Below are positions 16,820 through 24,455 of a stretch of 24,455 nt of DNA, in pieces. Numbering within the stretch: position 1 is the first letter of the stretch; every line of letters begins with the position of its first letter. Origin of the DNA: an uncultured archaeon (lineage in GTDB: Archaea > Asgardarchaeota > Jordiarchaeia > Jordiarchaeales > Jordiarchaeaceae); contig CAZECW010000156.1 in assembly GCA_964510585.1 (NCBI GenBank), positions 1 to 24,455 of the forward strand. The letters are read 5' to 3'. Below the pieces are notes generated by a model. That model was not told the DNA's origin. It searched no databases and saw only the letters and a list, made by a program, of their open reading frames with translations. The position numbers were made by a program, and so were the translations under genes.

Positions 16820-17275
16820 TTGGGATTGTCTATGACCAGCATTTTAACCCTTATTGGTGTTAAACAAGCAAAGAAAGGAGAAAAATTCGTTTACATGGGC
16901 CATGCTGAACCATGTGAAAAATGCGAATTTTATAAAGTATGTATTAGCAATCTTAAACCGAAAAGAGTGTACGAAATAATCGACGTCCGTGACATAGAAC
17001 ATCCTTGTAAGATTCATGAAGAAGGAGTACGTGTCGTGGAGGTTAAATACTCAAATATTCCCGCCGCTTTAGAAGCAAAACAAGTTATACAAGGAGTTAC
17101 CATTACTTATTCGCCAATAAATTGCAACTTTTATGACTGTCGTTTCATAGATTTCTGTAGACCTGACGGTCTCTTCGAAGGAGATAAATGTACTATCGAA
17201 GAGGTAATGGAGAAGATAGAGGAATGCAGAACAGGAAAGGTACTTAGGTTAGTATTACTCAAGATTGTTTCGTAG
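16820..17275 (+). CDS. UPF0179 family protein
   Basis: TLIG...AKKGEKFVY, CEKCEFYKVC, YEIIDVR...HPCKIHEEGVRVVEV. Lies directly after egsA, its usual neighbour. The likely start is ATG at 16832. Confidence 0.88.
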   Translation: MGLSMTSILTLIGVKQAKKGEKFVYMGHAEPCEKCEFYKVCISNLKPKRVYEIIDVRDIEHPCKIHEEGVRVVEVKYSNIPAALEAKQVIQGVTITYSPINCNFYDCRFIDFCRPDGLFEGDKCTIEEVMEKIEECRTGKVLRLVLLKIVS

Positions 17276-17975
17276 TGGTTCTTTCAAAAGTTTCTAAGAA
17301 TTTAACATTTTCAAAATCAAAATTTGAGAAGATATCACTTACAAGTCCAATTTTAGCCAGCTGAATATTATTAGCAAGAACTATTTCGGTAGGTATAGAT
17401 ATCTCAACTGATTTACCTGAAATATTAATTTTAAATTTGTTAGAATCAACACCAGAAAGTCTATTCTCAATTAACGCTTTTATCTTATCTTCATCTTTCT
17501 CTAATATGTTCCTTATCGTCACCTCATATTCTAAAACTTGACCCGCTAGTGGATGATTCATATCAACCCGCACCCTACCACCACCCACCTTTTGAACTGT
17601 TGCCAGACGCCCCTTTACACGTATCGTCATCCCCGGTCTTGGTTTCACATTTTGTTTTAGAAATTCCCGCGCAGAAAAAGTTTTAATATTTTTAGGATCT
17701 CTCTCACCAAATCCCTTCTCTGGCGGAATTTCTACAACTTTTGTTTCACCAACATTCATTGTTTCCAAAGCCTCATCTAGCCCGGGAAGCACCCAACCAG
17801 CACCAACCACAACCAGTCGTGGTTTGTACACTTCACGCTCATTAAAAATATCCGCCTTTACTGCAACTTCTTGAATTGTTGTATCAAAAACTTTTCCAGT
17901 GCTTTTAACACGACCAATTAAATCAACCAAAATAAAATTCCTTTTTCCAACTTGTTTTGCTCCAGTTTCCGACAT
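17259..17975 (-). CDS. slyD: FKBP-type peptidyl-prolyl isomerase (SlyD-like, long archaeal form)
   Basis: GKVFDTT, VVGAGWVLPGLDEAL, EIPPEKGFGERDP, RVDMNHPLAGQVLEYEV, plus a C-terminal extension. Confidence 0.92.
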   Translation of the reverse strand: MSETGAKQVGKRNFILVDLIGRVKSTGKVFDTTIQEVAVKADIFNEREVYKPRLVVVGAGWVLPGLDEALETMNVGETKVVEIPPEKGFGERDPKNIKTFSAREFLKQNVKPRPGMTIRVKGRLATVQKVGGGRVRVDMNHPLAGQVLEYEVTIRNILEKDEDKIKALIENRLSGVDSNKFKINISGKSVEISIPTEIVLANNIQLAKIGLVSDIFSNFDFENVKFLETFERTTTKQS

Positions 17976-18266
17976 AGCTGTTCACCACGCAATTCTAGAA
18001 ATCCCAGTAATAGATTATTATTAAATCTTTTTGTCTATTTCACTCCTCTCCTTCCATATGAAATTACAACATCACTAAAGTTTACGTGCCTATTTTTGGG
18101 CACTTCTAACCACTGAGATAGACTGTTATGAAAGCCAAAAAGTCGTTCTTCTGAGCTTTTTAAGCCCTCGTATTTCCTCTTATTATTGTGAGAGCTAAAT
18201 GAATTAGATTAAAAAGTTAATAAACGAATTCGTATATAGTGTTAAAAAAGAAAAAGCAAATTGAAG

Positions 18267-18740
18267 TTACCTTTCCCAAAAGCTTTCCTTATCTCTTGAA
18301 ACCCACTCAAACCCGTAAGTTTTCAGCACCTCGTTCACTACACCCCAAACCTCTTTACCCAGAAAGGCTTTTGGCTTGATTATAATTTTATCTTTTGTTA
18401 ACTCGAAACTCAGCATAAGTTGGTATTCGCTAAGCTCCTCCCTAACCGTTTCTAAAATAAGACTCTTTTTCTCGCCAGATTCTATTATCCTCTTTATCCT
18501 CTCTTTCTGGAGACACTTAATATAGTCTTCCCAGATATAAATTGGCGGCGAAGAAGTTAGTAGAGCCTCTATTAGACGCGCTTCCTCCTCTATTCTGGGT
18601 TTGGGTTCTTTGAAAACCTCACGTATAGCTCTACGAGCAATTTTGATTAGCGCGACGTACCTTTTCACTGCAAAATTAACAAATTCTTCGTCTTCATAAT
18701 CCAAACACATCATCTCTCCTTCTAGGGTTCTTGACGCCAT
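18267..18740 (-). CDS. Hypothetical protein
   Basis: 157-codon ORF with protein-like, E/K-rich composition. The likely start is ATG at 18713 or 18710, after GGAGA. No named family recognised. Confidence 0.75.
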   Translation of the reverse strand: MASRTLEGEMMCLDYEDEEFVNFAVKRYVALIKIARRAIREVFKEPKPRIEEEARLIEALLTSSPPIYIWEDYIKCLQKERIKRIIESGEKKSLILETVREELSEYQLMLSFELTKDKIIIKPKAFLGKEVWGVVNEVLKTYGFEWVSRDKESFWER

Positions 18741-19448
18741 ATACAGTCGACAAGATAAATGTGCAAGGCCACACCATTCTCTAAGTTATGAACATTTTTT
18801 TCGACAACAATGCACTTCTTGGATTTGAGTTGGTTCCTTGGATATTTGAACCTTACCTATGTCCACATGTCATTTAAATTCCCTACCAAAAGCAACCTCA
18901 AATCAAGAACCACCATCAAGAATGGGAAAAAGAACACCCGGGCATGCAAGCGCTACCTCACATAGTTAAACCCCACAATACCGAGCCTTTTTATTGAACC
19001 GTTTGGACGCCTGTTGAGTCTATCTACTTTGGTTGCGGGTAGCCTTTCCTTTATGGCAGTCTGTTTGTAGAGATTTTGCGGTTACCCTTTATCGTTTTCA
19101 AGAACGTAATATTCCTCCACTTTTTCTGGTTATAGAGAGAATTTTTCAGACGGCCTTTTCTTTATATCCAAGTTATGGTTTGCAGTAGTGATGTCTTCGA
19201 ATATGCAGTGTTAGTTTTGTTCATTTACCTCAAAAAGACTAAAATTTTGATAAATTCCATTTTTGGGATGTGACCGAAAAATTAAATCACTAGATGCTAC
19301 CTACAGTTATTTTTAATTCTCTTGTACCTGCTACAAAATCGTATTTGTCTACTGAAAAAGCTCATAATTTTCCCGAGATGTGAAACCCATAGGTTTAAGA
19401 GCAAAATTCTAAAGAGGATTGAAAGATTCTTTATTTTAAGTATTTCTA

Positions 19449-20330
19449 TTGGTGGAGACAAACATGTTTTATATAGAGAGAATCGAAAAACTGGAAGACT
19501 TTGAAAAATGCAGCGAGTTGGAAAAGCGTATTTGGGGAACAGAGGAGTCAACCCCACCACCCTTACTTATTGCACTCCAGAATAATGGAGGATTACTGCT
19601 TGGTGCATTTGATGAACGGCGAAACCTGGTGGGGTTCTGCGTCGGATTCCCAGGGAGTAAAGATAACCAGTCATATTTCTACTCCCACCAAACAGGAGTT
19701 TTACCTGAACTCCAGAGTTCGGGTTTGGGCTATATGCTGAAAATGAAGCAACGAGAGTATGCAATCAAGATGGGATTTAACCTGATAAAGTGGACTTTCG
19801 ATCCCTTACAGGGATTAAACGGAAACTTCAACCTTAGAAAGTTGGGTGTAATTTGCAGAACCTACCTTCCTAACTACTATGGCATTATGAAGGACAAGCT
19901 CAATGAGGGAATGCCAACCGACCGATTCGTAGCAGAATGGTGGCTAAAATCTAAAAGAGTAGTAGATAAAGAGCAAGGTAAAAATGCAAAAATTAACTTA
20001 GATGAGCTGTTGGCAGAGGGAGCGGAAATTGCGAACGAAACAAAAGCACTCAAAAAGGATATTAGAATAGTTGTAAAAAGCAATTCCAATATAGATTCAG
20101 ATCTTATACTTATTGAAGTACCACAAAGCATTAGAAGGGTTAAGGAAGAGTCTATAGATTTGGCTATAGACTGGGTGCAAAAAATAAGGCCCCTATTTTT
20201 AAACTATTTTAGTAAAAGATACATCGCTGCAGATTTTATTTCGGAAATATTTGAGGGGGAAAGACGCAACTTCTACCTACTTTTAAAGGAACACTTACTG
20301 GAAGATGAGCTAAAAGAAATTGAAACATAA
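19449..20330 (+). CDS. GNAT-family acyltransferase (COG3375-like; putative D-amino acid N-succinyltransferase)
   Basis: GGLLLGAF, YSHQTGV...GLGYMLKMKQRE, WTFDPLQGLNGNFNLRKLG, YYG...PTDRFVAEWWL. The likely start is ATG at 19464. Confidence 0.88.
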   Translation: MVETNMFYIERIEKLEDFEKCSELEKRIWGTEESTPPPLLIALQNNGGLLLGAFDERRNLVGFCVGFPGSKDNQSYFYSHQTGVLPELQSSGLGYMLKMKQREYAIKMGFNLIKWTFDPLQGLNGNFNLRKLGVICRTYLPNYYGIMKDKLNEGMPTDRFVAEWWLKSKRVVDKEQGKNAKINLDELLAEGAEIANETKALKKDIRIVVKSNSNIDSDLILIEVPQSIRRVKEESIDLAIDWVQKIRPLFLNYFSKRYIAADFISEIFEGERRNFYLLLKEHLLEDELKEIET

Positions 20331-21453
20331 GTATGGTAGATATCAGATGTTTATAGAAAAAATTGAACTCAGAAAAATACAAATGGAATATGTTTCACCC
20401 TTCGAGACCAGCTTGGGAAGGGAATACCATAAGACTGCAATAATTGTCAAAATAGAAACACAAGATCTTGAAGGATTTGGAGAGTGTGTAGCAGAGCAAA
20501 GCCCCTGGTACTCGTATGAAACTGTTGAAACTGCTTGGCATGTTTTATCCCAGTTTATTATTCCCACAATCCTTAAGAGAAACGTGGAAAACCCAGAGGC
20601 CCTCTTATCAATGTTAAAACCAATACGAGGGCACAACATGGCATGTGCAGCAATCGAAGGAGCATTCATAGACGCATATGCAAAGGCAAGAAAAGTTTCT
20701 CTCTCAAAACTACTTGGCGGAGTAAAGAACCGAATAGAGAGCGGTGTGAGCATAGGGATTCAAAAGAGTGTTGATAAACTACTGAAAATTATAGGTAATT
20801 ATCTAGAACAAAATTATCGCAGAATAAAAGTAAAAATAAAGCCACAATGGGACATCGAAGTGGTGGAAAAGGTAAGGGAAGCGTATCCTGATATAAGCTT
20901 AATGGTAGATGCGAATGGTGCATATACAATTAATGATTTGAATCATCTACAGAAGCTAGACAAGTATAATCTATTAATGATAGAGCAACCTCTAGATTAT
21001 GATGACTTGGTTTATCATGCAGAACTCCAGAGTAAAATGAAAACTCCCATCTGTCTAGATGAAAGTGTTCCCAATCTAAGCAGCGCCCAAGCGGCAATCA
21101 AATTAGGTAGCTGCAAAATAATCAATATAAAAGTGGGCAGAGTGGGTGGTTTACAAAAGGCAAAGCAGATACACGATTACTGCCAAGAAAAGGGGGTTCC
21201 AGTATGGTGCGGGGGGATGCTTGAAACGGGAATCGGGCGCGCAATGAATGTAGCCATAGCAAGCTTGCCAAACTACAAATTACCTAATGACATATCGGCA
21301 AGTGCCAGATACTATAAAGAAGATATAGTAGAACCTCCATTCCAAATTAACCGTGATGGAACCATAAATGTACCACGAATGCCAGGCATAGGGGTAGACG
21401 TCATAGAAGACCGCCTAGAAAAGGTAACGAAAAAGAAGAAAACCTTTACTTAA
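20320..21453 (+). CDS. o-succinylbenzoate synthase / N-succinylamino acid racemase (enolase superfamily, NSAR/OSBS subfamily)
   Basis: PFETS, GFGEC, RIKVKIKP (KxK), MVDANGAY, MIEQPL, ICLDES, INIKVGRVGG, WCGGMLETGIGRA, DISAS. The likely start is ATG at 20347. Confidence 0.93.
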   Translation: MKHKYGRYQMFIEKIELRKIQMEYVSPFETSLGREYHKTAIIVKIETQDLEGFGECVAEQSPWYSYETVETAWHVLSQFIIPTILKRNVENPEALLSMLKPIRGHNMACAAIEGAFIDAYAKARKVSLSKLLGGVKNRIESGVSIGIQKSVDKLLKIIGNYLEQNYRRIKVKIKPQWDIEVVEKVREAYPDISLMVDANGAYTINDLNHLQKLDKYNLLMIEQPLDYDDLVYHAELQSKMKTPICLDESVPNLSSAQAAIKLGSCKIINIKVGRVGGLQKAKQIHDYCQEKGVPVWCGGMLETGIGRAMNVAIASLPNYKLPNDISASARYYKEDIVEPPFQINRDGTINVPRMPGIGVDVIEDRLEKVTKKKKTFT

Positions 21454-21493
21454 TATTTTACTGCATATTTTAAAAGCCGTAGATAGTTCTCAG

Positions 21494-22651
21494 CTAAACC
21501 TTGATGCGAGGCGTGTCTGGCGAGATTTTTGGCAAATCTTTATTTACAACACAGCGAATTCCAGGCTCCATATAAAGCGATAAGCCGCATTCGTTGCATC
21601 TAATACACTTCTTTATGGAATCAAATTCACCCCGCTTAGACTTGTTTACGAGTTCGGGATCCGCTATTTGCGCCCGTCCAATAGCTACCATATCCGCCTT
21701 TTCTTCGCAGAGAATTTTCTCAGCAGTTATAAGGTCGTAAATCGCGCCTACTGTTATGACGGGTACATCAATATACTCCTTAATGCCCTTAGCCAAGTGA
21801 ACGTTAACACACTCTCCAAGATTCTTCGTTGGGGAAATATAGTCAATGTTCTCGAAACGACCACTAGAAATATGCAAAATGTCTATCCCGGCATCAACCA
21901 ACATTTGTGCCAACCTCTTAGATTCCTCCAAGTTTAAATCACCTTCAACCCGGCCATCGGCGCTCATCCTAAAGCATAGAGGAAAACGTTCACCAAGGCT
22001 ATCTCTAGTTTTCATAATGAGGTTAACAGCGAATCTCGCCCGATTTTCGAGATTACCACCATAATCATCAGCTCTTTTATTTGAAAAGGGTGATAAAAAC
22101 TCGTGTATTAGATAGCCGTGACAACCATGAAACTCAATAAACTCTGCACCAGCTTCCTTAACCCTAACAGCAGCGGCAGCAAATGCATCCTCAATTTCTT
22201 CTATTTCGCCCAAAGTCAATTCTCTAGGCTTCGTCATCTCCATAACCAACCCTTGACTCTCACTTTTTAAGACGCAGGGTAGGGGTGAAGGGGCCACGGG
22301 TTCAAAGTTAGGCATCCAAGCCTGTCGCCCGGCGTGAGAGAGTTGCAAGCCGGGAATAGCGCCATTTCTCTTTATTACCGCAAAAAGCTTTTTCAAGCCA
22401 TTTATATACCGATCATCATAAACGTTCAAAACATTTGGAAAACCCCGCCCATTCTTGGTTACAGCACTAGCCCCCACTATGACTAGTCCTGAACCTCCCC
22501 TTGATATTCTCTCATAATAATCCAAGTCCATCTTTGTAACGAATCCATCGGCTGTTCCGAAATTGGTATCGGTGGGGGGAAAGACAATTCTATTTGGGAT
22601 TTTTATCCCCTTTACTTCTATTGGTGTGAAGACCTTCTCCAAACCACTCAA
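21494..22651 (-). CDS. NADH:flavin oxidoreductase, Old Yellow Enzyme family, with a C-terminal Fe-S motif
   Basis: IPNRIV, QLSHAGRQ, EFHGCHGYLIHEFLSP..NKRADDYGG..ENRARF, MVAIGRAQIADPE, CIRCNEC-x11-C. Confidence 0.92.
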   Translation of the reverse strand: MSGLEKVFTPIEVKGIKIPNRIVFPPTDTNFGTADGFVTKMDLDYYERISRGGSGLVIVGASAVTKNGRGFPNVLNVYDDRYINGLKKLFAVIKRNGAIPGLQLSHAGRQAWMPNFEPVAPSPLPCVLKSESQGLVMEMTKPRELTLGEIEEIEDAFAAAAVRVKEAGAEFIEFHGCHGYLIHEFLSPFSNKRADDYGGNLENRARFAVNLIMKTRDSLGERFPLCFRMSADGRVEGDLNLEESKRLAQMLVDAGIDILHISSGRFENIDYISPTKNLGECVNVHLAKGIKEYIDVPVITVGAIYDLITAEKILCEEKADMVAIGRAQIADPELVNKSKRGEFDSIKKCIRCNECGLSLYMEPGIRCVVNKDLPKISPDTPRIKV

Positions 22652-22723
22652 AGTTTCTCACCTTTTCTCTATAAGTTGGAGAACATTGCTTAAAAGACTA
22701 TCTAGAAAAGACTCCTGTTTACT

Positions 22724-23512
22724 CTAAATTTTGGCTTTGACAAATTCCTTCACTTTTTTAAGGTCTACCGGGTTCTCGGTAATTTCGTTTTTCTTAAGAC
22801 TCGTACCTACTATTATTCCATCACATATGGTAAGATACTTTGAAAGATTATTTTTATTAACACCGCTTCCTGCTAGAACTTTTGATTGGGGGATTTTTTC
22901 CTTTATTTTTCTGATTTTATTTATATCTGCTTCCATACCTGTACTTTCCCCAGTTACTATTAAAGCATCTGCTAGGGAGCGATTCAGAAGTTCGTATGCC
23001 TCTAGTTCTGGAGATCTTTCTCTTAACTGTATGGCATGTTTGACTTGTACATCAGCAAATATTCTAATGTTATCAGCTCCAATATATTTTCTGAACCGAA
23101 GCACATTGTAAGCCTCCGATTCAATTATGCCCTGATCAGTGATTACGGCTCCGCCGAGTACATTTACTCTCACAAATTTACCCCCTACCACGTAGGATAT
23201 TGAGAGCGCTGCCAAGGCATCATTTCGCAAAACATTTATTCCCAAGGGCAAATCAATTTCTTCTCTTATCTGCGTTGCAATGTAAACCATTGAAGCCACT
23301 GTTTCAGGACTCACTCTTTTAGGATAGAAGGGAGCGTCACCATAGTTTTCAAGTATTATTCCATCCATTCCCCCAGAATAATAAGCCTCCGCATCGCTTA
23401 AAGCCCTATCGCAAATTTCTTTAAAAGAAAGCCCGTATCGAGGAGAGCCTGGAAGAGGCAAAAGATGAATTACACCAATTAAAGGCTTATCGCATCGAAA
23501 TATATCCCACAA
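22724..23512 (-). CDS. btpA: BtpA/SgcQ family TIM-barrel protein
   Basis: IGVIHLLPLPGSP, DGIILENYGDAPF, GINVLRND, FADVQVKHA, ADALIVTG, GSGVN, DGIIVGTSLK. Confidence 0.92.
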   Translation of the reverse strand: MWDIFRCDKPLIGVIHLLPLPGSPRYGLSFKEICDRALSDAEAYYSGGMDGIILENYGDAPFYPKRVSPETVASMVYIATQIREEIDLPLGINVLRNDALAALSISYVVGGKFVRVNVLGGAVITDQGIIESEAYNVLRFRKYIGADNIRIFADVQVKHAIQLRERSPELEAYELLNRSLADALIVTGESTGMEADINKIRKIKEKIPQSKVLAGSGVNKNNLSKYLTICDGIIVGTSLKKNEITENPVDLKKVKEFVKAKI

Positions 23513-24455
23513 ACAGACACCACTTACACGCTATTTCTAATTCATTGCCAAATATTTTGTAAATATATTGAAGTTGCTGTCAGCTCGGGACTTATTTGGA
23601 GGGCTCGTTTCTATTTTCACATTACCTTGTGCATTACTTTTGGAGAAAATATGGCGCCTCAGAAGATTATTTTATTTTCCCTAAATTTATATTTTGGGTT
23701 AAGCCGGCAAGATACTAGAGGTCACTTTTAATTAGCGAGGTTTCTTAAGGGGACATAAGAAGGCGCGTCACTGGAGTGCAGAAGGCCAACCGCGCTGTTA
23801 GAAGCTACTTCGCAAAGCCTTTAAAATTGAGCAACTGATTTTAACGAGCTCCAAGTATTGGGGATGTTGTATGTATTTGAGCTCCTATTGAAAGAGTGGT
23901 TCTTGAGGTATACTCTTCAAATACCAGGAACCGGCCTGATGACTACAAGCTCCGTAAGAAAACTAAGAAGGATACGAGCAAGTGCTTTTTGTAAGTGACT
24001 GCTAAAATTTTTCTCTTGAGCAGTTCAAATTTTAGGGGTTTGCTGTGTGTGGGTGAAAGGCAAGGTGTAGAGCTTGCATGTAGTGATGATTCTGCACCAA
24101 GAAGGATTGCATACCGGGTTTTTAACCACATCTTCCCAAAAAGCAACCCGGGGAACTAAAAAAGCTCGCGACTTCAGATTTTACGCCTGCTACAACCGCA
24201 CCTATTTACCACCAATAATAACTGAAAAGGAACATGCCTATAACACTCAAGAAAAGGCACCTACATCCAAAAACTAAAAAAGACGCTTGGGGAAAAAATA
24301 AGTTGGCAATATCTTGACTTTTTCGGGCTTAGCGTGATTAGATGGGTTCTGCGTGGAGGATTCTTGGACGGATAAAATACTTTCTCTCTTGTTTAAGGTG
24401 ACAGAATGCAGCAATCATTCCCTTAACGCGACCCAGCACCGTCACCGTCCTAAAG

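Noticed and set aside
18790-19210. Possible decayed minus-strand gene, including a Trm112-like LACP..FPILDG fragment
   Set aside because: Stop density is near chance, the fragment has no start codon and lacks the intervening domain.
805-23111. Many 60-200 aa ORFs overlapping assigned genes (for example 3864-4286, 5322-5666, 8309-8758, 14426-15037, 20343-20753, 22731-23111)
   Set aside because: Shadow ORFs of well-supported genes, with no recognisable motifs.
23860-23930. RimJ/RimL-like GNAT relic (LYVFEL / IERVVLEVYSSNTR across a frameshift)
   Set aside because: About 20 residues of weak resemblance with no acetyl-CoA-binding motif; a translated profile search would be needed.
24083-24089. 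C-box GTGATGA suggesting a C/D sRNA
   Set aside because: No CTGA D box within a plausible distance.
23943-24455. Short ORFs 23943-24146 and 24074-24277, and an open minus frame at the window end
   Set aside because: No motifs or convincing starts; an IS-derived origin could not be supported.
1-24455. CRISPR array or cas genes to explain the CARF-like protein
   Set aside because: No regularly spaced 24-40 bp repeats and no Cas-like ORFs were seen.

Overview
AT-rich archaeal chromosomal window, most likely from an Asgard archaeon. The main evidence is a eukaryote-like actin at 3184-4338, supported by archaeal markers (EgsA, aCPSF1, TFB, a BHB-intron tRNA). Gene content in order: end of an unidentified CDS, comA-comB, a winged-helix/CARF-like regulator divergent from actin, apgM, a LOG/TIGR00725 protein, a Tad-like pilus locus (two T2SSF membrane proteins, a secretion ATPase, a divergent Flp-like prepilin), tRNA-Glu(UUC) with three non-canonical introns, a divergent TFB, aCPSF1, egsA-UPF0179, an FKBP PPIase, an orphan, a GNAT + OSBS/NSAR pair, an Old Yellow Enzyme-family oxidoreductase and BtpA. 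No CRISPR array, rRNA or recognisable mobile element was found. The strongest unexplained signal is a very sharp strand-composition switch (A/C-rich to G/T-rich on the + strand) inside the actin ORF at 3426/3427. It is independent of gene orientation, extends several kb each way, and has a weaker echo near 18990. All family assignments come from motif recognition by eye; no database searches were run.
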